Shown here piece after piece: positions 44,725-56,541 of a DNA stretch of 64,000 nt. The notes under the pieces were generated by a model. It saw nothing but the letters and a program-made list of their open reading frames with translations, searched no databases and was not told the origin of the DNA. Origin of the DNA: a virus; IMG/VR virus record IMGVR_UViG_3300035183_001040, positions 10,761-74,760 of that record; one strand, written 5' to 3'. Each line of letters starts with the position of its first letter. Within the stretch, counting starts at the first letter, position 1. Made by a program: the position numbers and the translations under genes.

Positions 44725-46290
44725 TCACAAGTTGAAGAGCTTGTAGGCGTGCGCGTCGTGCGGGATGTCGTGCATGTTGTTGAGCCCTGGGGTACCGGTA
44801 AGATTCGCCCACGTCGTGGCGACGTTCTCGGTGAATGTTCCGGTAGCTGTGTTGTACGTTGCGCCTGTCATTCGCCCCCCGAGACGGAAGTCGCCGGCTA
44901 CGCCGGTCACGAAGAACTTCGTACCGTCGGTGTACATGAAGCGACTTCCGTCGGCGATGTCCACGCCGACAGTGCCCGGGCTTGCACTCGCGCCCCACAT
45001 GCCGGAAACCCCGTACAGGATGTACTGAAAGTTGACGTTGCCTCGGCGATACGCCGTGAACCCTCCAGCGATACCGACAAACTTGTTCCAATCCATCACG
45101 CCGCAGTCTTCGGGAACGACGGTGCCGCCGGCTTGCGCGATAACGTGCTTGCCTTGCACAAGGGTTGCTTGGGTAAGAGCGATCGTGGCGCCATTGTCCG
45201 CCGAGATATCACCACGACATAGGCACGCGTCGACGTACGCAGAAATGAACATGTCGCCAGGTGCGGTTCCGCCCGCAACCATCGTCGAATCTACCTCGCA
45301 CGTGCTTAGGTAATACCAAGTGTTGTTGATGTCCGACGACGCATCGATGAGCACGAAGTAAGACCCCGTGAATCTGCAATTCCCAAACGCGATCGCAGCC
45401 GTGTCACGCACGAATTTGTTGATTGAGTCGCTGTCTGCCGGGGCAAAATCGAAGTCGAGGAACAGAACGAGCGGCTCGTTCGGAAAGCCGGAGGTCTTGT
45501 TTGCGCTCACCTTCACGTGGTCCACGACCATGACGCCGGGTGCGGTGAGGATCTGGTACGGGTCGCCCGCCGCTGGTGTGATAGGCGTAGTGAAGAGCCC
45601 ACCCGGAGTGAAGTCCGGCAGCACCCACTCGCTCGTGCGAAGCGAAGTTGAGCTGAGAAGCTTCGCGGCGAACGTGCGTGTGCCAGCTCTTGGGCCGGTC
45701 GGAATGAGTATGCGCTGACCGACGTCGGTGGCGTCGAACACCGCGCCTGCGTCGGCGAAGTTCCACGGCGTGTTCGTCGAGCGGTCGCGGGCAGTGACAG
45801 TCCCGATGGTGCCGCTCTTCTTGACCGTGAGCGGAGGCGCCTGGAACGTGACCACGACCTGCGAAGTCCCTTGCTCGATGCGCAGGTCGAGCGCGAGCGG
45901 GTCCGTTGCCGGCGGATAGGACGTGTAGGAGATGGTGAGGCTCTGCTTGATCGGAACGTTGCCGATGCGCCGAGCGAGTTCGGCGTTGGTCTTGATCGGG
46001 TAGGAGGCGGAGCCGGTGGCGCTGTCGTCGCCGTTCACTGGGTCGATGGTGATGCTCGAAATCGCGCCCGTCTGCACGCCGAGGCCGGTTGTCATTGCCC
46101 CGTCGAACTCGCCCGAGTAGTTGGGTAGGGCGCGCAGTTTGAATCCGCGGTCGATGCCGGGGATGAGCCTGACAAGGTCGGAGATCGAGGCGGGGACAAC
46201 GAGTTCTTGTCCCGGCCCGAGCATACCTCGGAGCGGAGGCGGAAGGAGTACAGGGTAACCGCTCTTGTTCGTGATTTCAGTCGCGTCCAT
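44725..46290 (-). CDS. Beta-helix-like fibre/spike protein
   Basis: IDPVNGDDSATG...PIKT motif typical of right-handed beta-helix N-termini; G/T/A-rich. Confidence 0.6.
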   Translation of the reverse strand: MDATEITNKSGYPVLLPPPLRGMLGPGQELVVPASISDLVRLIPGIDRGFKLRALPNYSGEFDGAMTTGLGVQTGAISSITIDPVNGDDSATGSASYPIKTNAELARRIGNVPIKQSLTISYTSYPPATDPLALDLRIEQGTSQVVVTFQAPPLTVKKSGTIGTVTARDRSTNTPWNFADAGAVFDATDVGQRILIPTGPRAGTRTFAAKLLSSTSLRTSEWVLPDFTPGGLFTTPITPAAGDPYQILTAPGVMVVDHVKVSANKTSGFPNEPLVLFLDFDFAPADSDSINKFVRDTAAIAFGNCRFTGSYFVLIDASSDINNTWYYLSTCEVDSTMVAGGTAPGDMFISAYVDACLCRGDISADNGATIALTQATLVQGKHVIAQAGGTVVPEDCGVMDWNKFVGIAGGFTAYRRGNVNFQYILYGVSGMWGASASPGTVGVDIADGSRFMYTDGTKFFVTGVAGDFRLGGRMTGATYNTATGTFTENVATTWANLTGTPGLNNMHDIPHDAHAYKLFNL

Positions 46291-46738
46291 GCTCACCCTC
46301 GCCCTCTTGTACCATGTCTCCCTCTGGAGTCACCTGCGATGAATCGACGCCGCGTGCCCGCGCCTTTTCGTGCAACTCGTTGTGCGCCTTCGCGCAGAGC
46401 GTGACGAGGTTGTTCGGCTCGTTCTTGTGCCCTTTGCGCGACAGCCACGCGCTTTCGGGGATGCCGCCTTTGTGGTGCAGCTCCAGCCCTCCGTACTCGC
46501 CCTCACCCCGGTCGCCGTGCACGTGACACCGGTAGCCGTCGCGGCGCATGACGTGCAGAACCAGTCCGGCGCTGAGTCCGCCGACTCCACCGCTTTTGAG
46601 CTTCGCGCCTGCCGCGCGCGCCTCCTGTCGAAGTTTGTGCAGAGCGCGGCGCTCTTCGAGCGAGGGAGGTTTGCGGGCGTGCTCGCCACCGCCAGGATTC
46701 CCTCTCGCACGGAGAGCCTTGCGAAGCACGTCTCCCAT
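46277..46738 (-). CDS. HNH endonuclease
   Basis: RRDGYRC...LELHH...NEPNNLVTLCAKAHNELH. Confidence 0.85.
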   Translation of the reverse strand: MGDVLRKALRARGNPGGGEHARKPPSLEERRALHKLRQEARAAGAKLKSGGVGGLSAGLVLHVMRRDGYRCHVHGDRGEGEYGGLELHHKGGIPESAWLSRKGHKNEPNNLVTLCAKAHNELHEKARARGVDSSQVTPEGDMVQEGEGEHGRD

Positions 46739-46745
46739 CGCGGCC

Positions 46746-47150
46746 CTACCCCGACGTGACAACCTTGTCCGGTCCGGGGCCGCGGTTGATTTCGACGATG
46801 CACCAGCTCGGCGCCTTCGCCGCCTCGCGCTCGAGCGCTGGGCTGCACTGCTTGCATGCGTAGACGACGGAAACCCGCAGGTACGGTTTCGGAGTGCCGT
46901 CGCCTTCGTCGATTTGAACAAGCTGCTCGACCAGCGACTGCGGACTGCACGATGCGAGCGCGTCGAGCGCGCCGTTGCGCCTGCGCATCTCGCTCAGAGG
47001 AGCCATGACAATGACGCGAGTGATCGGAGGCGCACCGCACGCCTGACACTTCGCGCCGACGGGAAAGGCGTACTTGGAGTGATACTCCTCGGCCGTGTAG
47101 CGCCCGCCGAAGAGTTTGCGACGGTGGATGACGCTACTGCTCTGACTCAC
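46746..47150 (-). CDS. Zn-binding hypothetical protein
   Basis: CQAC and CKQC pairs. Confidence 0.65.
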   Translation of the reverse strand: MSQSSSVIHRRKLFGGRYTAEEYHSKYAFPVGAKCQACGAPPITRVIVMAPLSEMRRRNGALDALASCSPQSLVEQLVQIDEGDGTPKPYLRVSVVYACKQCSPALEREAAKAPSWCIVEINRGPGPDKVVTSG

Positions 47151-47629
47151 CAGGACCTCCGACTTGCAGCATAGCGCACGGCGGGGCTCTTTGCTCCGTA
47201 CGTTTGGGAGATCCAGTCCCAGGTAACTGCTCCTGGACCTCGGCCGACTCGAAGCGCGCGGTCGTCGATGTACAGGTCGGCCGAGACCTTGCCTTGGTTA
47301 CCGTAGTCGATGGCGGAGAAGACCCCTGGCAGTTCCTTCTCGACGAACCTAACCATCTGCTCGAAGCGAGCCTGGTTGATGGGCAAGTTGCGCCTCCAGA
47401 ACCCTTCGTTGAAGGGGACAACACCGAGGGCGTAGAGCGGATCGTGATGCCAATCGTCGCGCAGGGCGAGGTTGGCGCGGCTGCTGTAGAGGATGAGGAT
47501 GTGCCCGGCGCGCTTGAGCGCGATGAGGGCTTCTTTCGCCCCGGGGAGGAACTCGAGCGGGGTCTCGACGTCCTCGTAGGGCCTGTCCTGGCTGACGATC
47601 GTACCGTCGAAGTCTACAGCGATCTTCAT
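47147..47629 (-). CDS. HAD-superfamily phosphatase
   Basis: IAVDFDGTI, YSSR, K...ADLYIDDRA. Confidence 0.88.
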   Translation of the reverse strand: MKIAVDFDGTIVSQDRPYEDVETPLEFLPGAKEALIALKRAGHILILYSSRANLALRDDWHHDPLYALGVVPFNEGFWRRNLPINQARFEQMVRFVEKELPGVFSAIDYGNQGKVSADLYIDDRALRVGRGPGAVTWDWISQTYGAKSPAVRYAASRRSW

Positions 47630-48081
47630 CGTCGTTCGGCTTGGCGGCGCAGTTTTTCGGGCAAGTAGCGGTGGTGCTTGCGCGCAATCCAGTCAAGGAT
47701 GCGCGTTTCGTCCCGGCACCGAAAGCGCTTCGTTGGACTGCCGCGCTCCATCGCCGCGTCCATCAGTCCGAGTTCGACCCATTCGAGCAGGGCGCTGAAG
47801 GGGACGCAGTACCGGTCGCACCAGAAGCGCGACGTGCCCCATCCCTCCTCGATGCGTAGGCGCTCGACGATGCGCAACACCATGCCCGTGTCAGGATCGC
47901 GGTAAGCAACGCCGGCGCGCATGGGCGAGTCGGGAGAATCGGGCGGAATGGGGGACAGGTCGAGGATGCGCCCGCTGCCATCCAGGTCCACCGCAGGTGT
48001 TGGAGGTTGCGGACGGTAGCCGAGCGAGAAGGCAACCGGGCGTCCGCCGACGAAGATTCTGCTTCCCATCGCCTCCCTCAC
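47626..48081 (-). CDS. Hypothetical protein
   Basis: Coupled to the portal stop. Confidence 0.6.
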   Translation of the reverse strand: MREAMGSRIFVGGRPVAFSLGYRPQPPTPAVDLDGSGRILDLSPIPPDSPDSPMRAGVAYRDPDTGMVLRIVERLRIEEGWGTSRFWCDRYCVPFSALLEWVELGLMDAAMERGSPTKRFRCRDETRILDWIARKHHRYLPEKLRRQAERR

Positions 48082-49811
48082 CTACGCCCTCCGCCGAGCC
48101 CAAGCGATGGCATGGGCGGGCGGCGTTTCGCCGCCGCCTCGGCCTCCTTCGGCGTCGGGGCGTGAATCTGCATGCGGCGCATCATTTCGTCTTCGACCTT
48201 GGCCTGCGCTGAGCCTGCCTGGGCGCGAATTGCAGAGAGCATCGCAGACACGTCCTTGACGCCGAAGTACGGCGCGATGAAGCGCGCCGCCGCCTCCTCG
48301 TCGATGAGCCTGCTCGCGAGCGCCATGCCGGCCGCAGCGACCGCGCGCTGGATGTCTTCGAGCGAGGGCTGGAAGTAGGGCGGCCACGAGAGAACGACCT
48401 GCTCGCCCTTGCCGAGCTCGCGCCTGACAAGACGCTTTTCGCCGGTCTTCGGGTCCGTCTCCTCCTTGTCGGGAAGAACGATGGTGGAGCGAACGAGCCG
48501 AACGACCCCGTCCTCGCCCTGCTCTTTGCGGGTGGTTTGGGTGAGCTTGCGCGCGGCGCGGAGGAGCTTTTCGAGCAAGCGCTTGATGGCCGCGCCGTAC
48601 TGCTGTCGCAGTTCATCGCAGGCCGCGAGAAAGCTTGAGTAGCGGCGATCGATTTCGGTCGCGGTTCTCTGCGGACCGCCTTCGTCGAGGTCGAGCACGC
48701 ACCGGGTGTGCTCCAGCACCTGCCTCTCCAGCCGCTCGGCGGCGTCCCAGGCTGCTTGGATACCCGCGGCGGTGATTTCGAGGTAACTCACGCTGCCGCC
48801 CTTTTCCGTCTTGATCGCGTTGCCAGAGCCTTTGCTTATCTGCGAGAACTCCTCGTCGGAGGCTATGTGGACGGTGGGGTCGCAGTTGGCGATGGTGCCG
48901 CGGAGCGCCTGTGACACCTGACGGTCGAGCTCCTCGATCTTGTCGTAGGCGCCGTGGCAGTCAGCGTCACCGTCGATTTCCGACTGCACGGGGGAGTTCT
49001 GGATCCACTCGCACGGCACCTCGCCGAAGCCGTGCTCGTACTCGACGCGCTCCCAGCGCGGGTCGTCCCAGTCGGGTTCCGGGGCCTGGTCGTCGAGCAC
49101 AGGCACCTTCGGCCAGACCGTGTCGCGCTGCCGGTCGATGAGCCGACGGTACCAGAACCGCGCCTCCACGTAGCTGCCGTCCGGGGCGCGGAGAAAGTCG
49201 GTGTAGATGTAGCGCTTGTCGATGGCGTCGAGTTCGCCGGTTTGCGGATCTCGGAAGATGGGCGTGGTGAGGCGCGGGTCGTGCACCTCGAACTGCACCT
49301 CGCCCGAGACGACCTTGAAGCCGATGCACGCGCTGCCCGTCGCGCCGCCGTAGTCGCGCGCCATCGCGCACTGTTTCCAGAACTGCCCTTGGTCGAGCAC
49401 GCCCGAGAGCCAGTCCTCGGTATCGGCGTCGCCGAGCACGTGGGCGCTCGGATGACGCCGGGAGCTGAAGAGCATCGCGGTGAAGCGCTTGACGATCATG
49501 CGCACGAGGTAGTGCGGCGCGGTGGGGCGGCGGAACTTGAGCGGCATCGTCTGCCCGGCATCGTAGAAGCCGGGCGGGACGTACTGCGCCGTCGCCACGA
49601 ACTCGGTCTCGACCTTGGGAAGGCGCTGCGCGCCGTCCCAGTCGACGGCGCGGTGGTCGTAGTTCTCGCACCGATAGTAGGCGAAGAGGCGGTTGAGTTC
49701 GATTTGGCGCGCAGTGAGGCCCATCCTTCTTCCCGCCTCGAACGCGGTCGCGGCGATGCCTGGGAGCATGCCCGAGGCCTGCCGCACGTCTGCGCGCGTT
49801 GCGCTGCTCAC
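48078..49811 (-). CDS. Portal protein
   Basis: Size and position; HGFGEVPCEWIQN...G..D; GTG 49811 behind GAGGAGG. Confidence 0.82.
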   Translation of the reverse strand: MSSATRADVRQASGMLPGIAATAFEAGRRMGLTARQIELNRLFAYYRCENYDHRAVDWDGAQRLPKVETEFVATAQYVPPGFYDAGQTMPLKFRRPTAPHYLVRMIVKRFTAMLFSSRRHPSAHVLGDADTEDWLSGVLDQGQFWKQCAMARDYGGATGSACIGFKVVSGEVQFEVHDPRLTTPIFRDPQTGELDAIDKRYIYTDFLRAPDGSYVEARFWYRRLIDRQRDTVWPKVPVLDDQAPEPDWDDPRWERVEYEHGFGEVPCEWIQNSPVQSEIDGDADCHGAYDKIEELDRQVSQALRGTIANCDPTVHIASDEEFSQISKGSGNAIKTEKGGSVSYLEITAAGIQAAWDAAERLERQVLEHTRCVLDLDEGGPQRTATEIDRRYSSFLAACDELRQQYGAAIKRLLEKLLRAARKLTQTTRKEQGEDGVVRLVRSTIVLPDKEETDPKTGEKRLVRRELGKGEQVVLSWPPYFQPSLEDIQRAVAAAGMALASRLIDEEAAARFIAPYFGVKDVSAMLSAIRAQAGSAQAKVEDEMMRRMQIHAPTPKEAEAAAKRRPPMPSLGLGGGRR

Positions 49812-49825
49812 CGCTCTGTTCCTCC

Positions 49826-50101
49826 TCAGCTCTCCGCGATGATGGTCACGCTCGGGGTGCCCGCTGCGCGCTTGACCCAGATGTTCCTCATGCGCTGAGT
49901 GCATTGGTAGACGCTACCAACACCCCCGCCGCCGAGCACCTTGCCAGAGTCGGTTAGGCCGTCGAAGGAGAAGAGCACGGCGTTTGCGAGCGTAGCATTT
50001 TCGTTGATGAAGGTGATTCTGCGCGGCTCGAAGCCGAGCGTGAGAGTCGGCGTAGCCGAATAGGTCGCTGGTGCGGCTACCGTGAGCATTTGGATCGCCA
50101 T
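49826..50101 (-). CDS. Small beta-rich putative virion protein
   Basis: 91-aa jelly-roll-like pattern (FSFDGLTDSG...IWVK). Confidence 0.6.
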   Translation of the reverse strand: MAIQMLTVAAPATYSATPTLTLGFEPRRITFINENATLANAVLFSFDGLTDSGKVLGGGGVGSVYQCTQRMRNIWVKRAAGTPSVTIIAES

Positions 50102-50128
50102 GCGAAGGAGCTTACCACACTCAAGGAA

Positions 50129-52322
<2,194 letters not shown>

Positions 52323-52330
52323 CAGCGCAC

Positions 52331-52374
52331 CTTGACAACGAGCCGAAAAGCTGCTAAGTCGCAAAGCGACTTAG
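52331..52374. promoter_or_regulatory. Composite operator-like site, copy B
   Basis: cttgac-N6-ccgaaaag-N3-ctaagtcgc-aaa-gcgacttag. Confidence 0.75.
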
Positions 52375-52400
52375 TTGAAACGCGCCAATTCTCAGTGCAG

Positions 52401-52416
52401 TGTTTCACGTGAAACC
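52401..52416. promoter_or_regulatory. parS: Chromosomal-type parS site
   Basis: TGTTTCACGTGAAACC, 15/16 match to consensus TGTTTCACGTGAAACA, essentially intergenic. Confidence 0.8.
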
Positions 52417-53189
52417 TACTGAAGCGTGCGAGGCGAAGTAGAGCCGCCGCCGCCGTCGTCGCTGAGGAGCGCCGTGTCGACCACACCGTCCTGCCGGGCG
52501 CGGGCAATGGTGCGGGCGATGCGCTCAAGCTCACGCGCCGCCTGCTCGGGGGTAATGGCGTCGAGTTCCTTCTGCGGGTTGAGAAAGTGGCCCGGGTCGC
52601 CAACACGCAAGCGCTCGATCTCGAAGGCGGTTTTGATCGCCTCGTTCGCCCTCGCCGTAAGCTGCGCGGTCTGGCGAATGATGGCTTCGACGGCACCTGG
52701 GTCGACCGAGCCCGAAGCCGCCATCCGCTTGTACTCGGCCACGAGCATGTCGCTCAGCGCGGAAACGGGGCCGAACAGGCGATTGATGATGACGGCCATG
52801 GCGAGCGAGTTCTTGCGCGCGGCGTCGGCTGCGCGCGCTTCGTCGGTGCGCGCAGCAACGGCGTCCTGCATCGCCTTTTCCCGCTGCTCCTGCGCGATGC
52901 GCTGGCGCTCCTCGAACGCCTTCTGGCGCTCGAAGCGAGCTCGCTCCTGCTCCTCCTCCAGCATGAGTTTGATGGCGGGGCAGTTGAGCTTCTTCGTCCG
53001 CCAGCCAATCAACCACGCGCGCCTTGCGGTGCGCGCGTCGCACCCGCACTTCTTCGCCGCCGCAGTGTAAACGCCCGGATTTTCACGGAAAGCCGCCACC
53101 AACGCCTCGTAAAGATTCTGCGTGATGGGCTGCCGACCCATAGAGCGCCTACGGTCGGGAGATGTAAGGGGATTTTGCGAGTCGGACAT
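52416..53189 (-). CDS. Putative terminase small subunit
   Basis: N-terminal HTH (YTAAAKKCGCDARTARRAW) plus coiled coil, directly upstream of terL. Confidence 0.65.
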   Translation of the reverse strand: MSDSQNPLTSPDRRRSMGRQPITQNLYEALVAAFRENPGVYTAAAKKCGCDARTARRAWLIGWRTKKLNCPAIKLMLEEEQERARFERQKAFEERQRIAQEQREKAMQDAVAARTDEARAADAARKNSLAMAVIINRLFGPVSALSDMLVAEYKRMAASGSVDPGAVEAIIRQTAQLTARANEAIKTAFEIERLRVGDPGHFLNPQKELDAITPEQAARELERIARTIARARQDGVVDTALLSDDGGGGSTSPRTLQ

Positions 53190-53411
53190 GGACACACTAA
53201 GTGTAGCACAAGCGCCGAACACCCCGCGCAAAACAAGAAAGCGCAAGCACATATTGTGCTGGTGCCAGTGCTGACGGCGCGGTGAGCGACCTTCGTTGGA
53301 CCTTGTGGCACGATTGCCGACTCTCGTCGGCTCGGCTCTGCTCTGCTCGAACCTCGCTGCCGAAACGCCTCGGCTGGGCGCGCTCGGGCGCCGTACTGTC
53401 TTCGAGGGCGG

Positions 53412-55046
53412 TTACCGGACGACTCCGCCCTCGATGCGGTAGTGCCGAGTGACCCCGGACAGGCTGCGCTGCAACCCTGCATCGTGGCTGACAAGCACGA
53501 CGCACCGGTCCTGCGCGAGGGCGGAAATGACCGTGCTAGCAGCTTCCCTTCCTGCGTCGTCGAGTGAGTCGAAGGCTTCGTCGAGGAACAGCGTCCCGGG
53601 CGCGGTGCCCGAGGCTGCAGCTGCGACTTCGCCGAGCGCGAGTGCAAGCGCGAGGTCGATGCGCCTGCGCTCCCCTCCGCTTGCCCCTCTGTACCCTCGC
53701 CCCCCTTCGATCGTCATACCTATCGAGTCCTTCACCCCTCCGCCCTTGGCCTTCTCCGAGTACGGGCTTAGGTGCAGTTTCAGTTCTGCCCCTGCGAGCC
53801 GGTCGAGGTACGAGTTGGCGATCTGCTCGATGCTTCCGAGCGCGTTTTCTAGGAGGTGCGCGCGGACCCCTTTGGTCGACAGTATCCTGTCCGCGGCTCG
53901 CAGTTCCGAGAGTTCCTTGGCCAGGATGTCGTGCTCGTCCTTAACGTCGGCGCGTTCGGCGAGCACGCTGCCGAACTCGTCGGAGATCTGTTCGAGCTTG
54001 CGCTTTGCTTCGGCGATTTTGCCCTGCCGGCGCTGAAGCTCTGACGCCTGCGCCTCGCACCTGTTCTTCTCTCCGCGCGCAGCGTCGAGGCTTGCCTGCG
54101 CGGCGTCGAGCCGGGTTGTTTCCTCCCGCAGTGCGGCGGCGGCTTCTTTCAGCCTGCTCTTCGCCTCCTCAAGGTCTCGACGGAAGTTGTTGACAATCTG
54201 GGAGTGCACGAGCCGCCCGCACGTTGGGCACAACCCGTCTTCGAGCGCCCTGCACCGGCTTGTCAGATCCCGCACGGCTTGGTCCGCGCGCACCTGACTG
54301 TCCCAGGCGGTTTTGTGCGAGGCGTGAGCGTCTCGGACGGCGCTTTCCAGCCTGCGTACCTTCTCCTCCAAGGAGGCAAGCCGCTCGCGCAACCCGCCCG
54401 CCTGCTCCGTGTCTTCCTGTGCAACGCACCAGGCCCGGGCGTCTTCGAGCCGTTTGCCGAGCTCCTTTGCCCTCGCGTCGAGAACCGAGAGCTCCCGCGC
54501 GGCATCGCTCAGGTGCCTCTCGACGTTGTGCAGGTCCTGTCTGCATGCGTTGCTCGCCGCCTCGAACAGTTCGAGCCCGAGCAGTTCTTCGAGCATGCGC
54601 TTGCGCTCCGCGTCCGTTGCCCTGCCAAACGCGGCTGCGTCCGCGCTGCTGAGGACGCTCGCCCTCCGCCAGACGCCGAAGGACGGAATCAGTCGGTCGA
54701 GCGCTTCCTGCGCCTTGCTCGTCGTCTCGTAGACCGTTTCGGAGGAGGCAGCGTCCGTGAAGAAGCGCAGCCTCGGACTGCCGGACTGGCAGCGTTCGAT
54801 GCGGGTTGTCGCGTCCTGCTTGACCAGCCCGAGGAGGTCGACCGAGACGCGCCCTCCCCCTTTGCCTCGCCAAGGGCTGTCCCCGCGCAGCGTCTCCCCC
54901 CAGCACGCCGTCGCAACGGCTTCGACGATGCTGCTCTTGCCCGCCCCGTTCGGCCCGGTGATGAGCACAAGCCCCGTCCTCGGCAGTTCGACCTCGGAAG
55001 ATGTGTGCGCCATGAACTCGACAAGCTCGACACGCGACACAATCAA
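53412..55046 (-). CDS. sbcC: SbcC/Rad50 (gp46-like) ATPase
   Basis: GPNGAGKS, CPTC zinc hook, ASGGE, LFLDE, VSH; TTG start behind AGGAGG. Confidence 0.92.
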   Translation of the reverse strand: MIVSRVELVEFMAHTSSEVELPRTGLVLITGPNGAGKSSIVEAVATACWGETLRGDSPWRGKGGGRVSVDLLGLVKQDATTRIERCQSGSPRLRFFTDAASSETVYETTSKAQEALDRLIPSFGVWRRASVLSSADAAAFGRATDAERKRMLEELLGLELFEAASNACRQDLHNVERHLSDAARELSVLDARAKELGKRLEDARAWCVAQEDTEQAGGLRERLASLEEKVRRLESAVRDAHASHKTAWDSQVRADQAVRDLTSRCRALEDGLCPTCGRLVHSQIVNNFRRDLEEAKSRLKEAAAALREETTRLDAAQASLDAARGEKNRCEAQASELQRRQGKIAEAKRKLEQISDEFGSVLAERADVKDEHDILAKELSELRAADRILSTKGVRAHLLENALGSIEQIANSYLDRLAGAELKLHLSPYSEKAKGGGVKDSIGMTIEGGRGYRGASGGERRRIDLALALALGEVAAAASGTAPGTLFLDEAFDSLDDAGREAASTVISALAQDRCVVLVSHDAGLQRSLSGVTRHYRIEGGVVR

Positions 55047-55057
55047 GGCTGCGCCTC

Positions 55058-55372
55058 CTACCGGGTTTCGATGCCGGCGCTGTCGCAACCGTCATCGTCT
55101 GCTTTCTGGCGCTGCGAAACGTCAACTCGCCTCGGCGCTGAGGCGAGCACAAAGGGGGCTCCGCGTGGATTCACCTTGAACTTGCAATACACAGGAGCGC
55201 GCGTCTCACCTTCGAGAGGGATGTTGACGATGCACACGATCTCAAAAAACACGAGCGGAATCGTAAAGACAATGAGATCTGTGTACTCCCCGTGCTTGAG
55301 CTCACCTTCGACAGTGAGTTGAGGATCGCTGCTCTTGTACTTCGAGCGAATTTCCGGCAACACTTCTCTCAT
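55058..55372 (-). CDS. Hypothetical protein between sbcD and sbcC
   Basis: GTGA-coupled; AAGGA RBS; visibly lower GC. Confidence 0.55.
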   Translation of the reverse strand: MREVLPEIRSKYKSSDPQLTVEGELKHGEYTDLIVFTIPLVFFEIVCIVNIPLEGETRAPVYCKFKVNPRGAPFVLASAPRRVDVSQRQKADDDGCDSAGIETR

Positions 55373-56541
55373 TCCTTCCGTGGATCTGTGGCGTACTTGA
55401 GCACCTTCTTTCGTACGTTTTCGCGGTCGAGGCCAGGGTCAAGCTCGACGCGGTCGATGTACGCATCGATGGCGGAAATCAACGTGCGCGACCTGTACGC
55501 CTCGGTTGCCTGCTTCGCCGCTTCACTTCGACGGTGCGCGTCCACGACGGGCACGACCTCGCCGGCGAACACGGCATCTTCCTCAATCGCGAGCTGCAGT
55601 TCGCCCATCACCGACGGGACGTTTTCAGGCTGCGTCCGCAGGCGCACATAGGGCAAGTGCCCGGCTTTTCTGTACGCTGCGACAATGCCCCGCCATCCAG
55701 AGGCGTGGTCGAGCGTGAGAAACCTTGGGCCCGGCACTCGCACACTCAGGTCAAACTCTCCCGTGTCCGTGTCAAGCAGAACGACGGTGCCGAAACGGTC
55801 TTCACGGACGTCTTCCGGCGATGGGTTGTCGAAGCCGGTGGGGCAAAGAGCGCCGCACTGCACGATGCGCCTGCCCGCGTCTGCGTAGTGCTCGTGCCAG
55901 TTGCCGACACAGCAGCCCCGAGCTCCGGCTCTCTCCAGCCACCCGCGTAACCACTCCTCCTCAACGCCCTCCTGCGAGGCGCGCAGGTACGGTGGCGTTC
56001 GCGCGTTCTTGATGCCGATGTGAGCGCAAAGGTAGAGCGGCGCGCCGTCGGTCCTCGGCAAAGAAAAGACCATGCGCGCTGCATCAAGGACCTGCTCGGC
56101 CGAGGCGCCGGCGATGAACGGCTGCATGAGAAGAAACGCATCGCGAGCCCCGCCTTTCCCCTTCGCCGCCACGCGGATCATTTCGGAGTGGTCTACGACG
56201 TGCACATGCTCCGAAACGAACCGAAGAGGTGCGAGCGCGTTGTCCCCAACCCTGACTGACCATTGGTCATGGTTTCCGACGAGGAGGTAGATCGGACAGG
56301 AGGAGTACTCTACGAGGATGCCCATCACCTCGGCTTCGATTTGTGGATACGGGTCCGCCGTGTCGAACAGGTCTCCAAGCACAACGAACGCATCCACGTC
56401 TCGCTTCTCCGCGACCCTCAGCGCGTTGCGCAGCACCCGGGCTGTCTCGCGACACCTGGTGTTCATGCGCTTCTCATACGGCCCCCCGAGAACCTGGTGG
56501 TTGCCGATGTGACAGTCCGCAACGAATGCGACCTTGCTCAT
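55369..56541 (-). CDS. sbcD: SbcD/Mre11 (gp47-like) metallophosphoesterase nuclease
   Basis: ADCHIG, LGDLFD, VGNHD, GNWH. Confidence 0.9.
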   Translation of the reverse strand: MSKVAFVADCHIGNHQVLGGPYEKRMNTRCRETARVLRNALRVAEKRDVDAFVVLGDLFDTADPYPQIEAEVMGILVEYSSCPIYLLVGNHDQWSVRVGDNALAPLRFVSEHVHVVDHSEMIRVAAKGKGGARDAFLLMQPFIAGASAEQVLDAARMVFSLPRTDGAPLYLCAHIGIKNARTPPYLRASQEGVEEEWLRGWLERAGARGCCVGNWHEHYADAGRRIVQCGALCPTGFDNPSPEDVREDRFGTVVLLDTDTGEFDLSVRVPGPRFLTLDHASGWRGIVAAYRKAGHLPYVRLRTQPENVPSVMGELQLAIEEDAVFAGEVVPVVDAHRRSEAAKQATEAYRSRTLISAIDAYIDRVELDPGLDRENVRKKVLKYATDPRKE

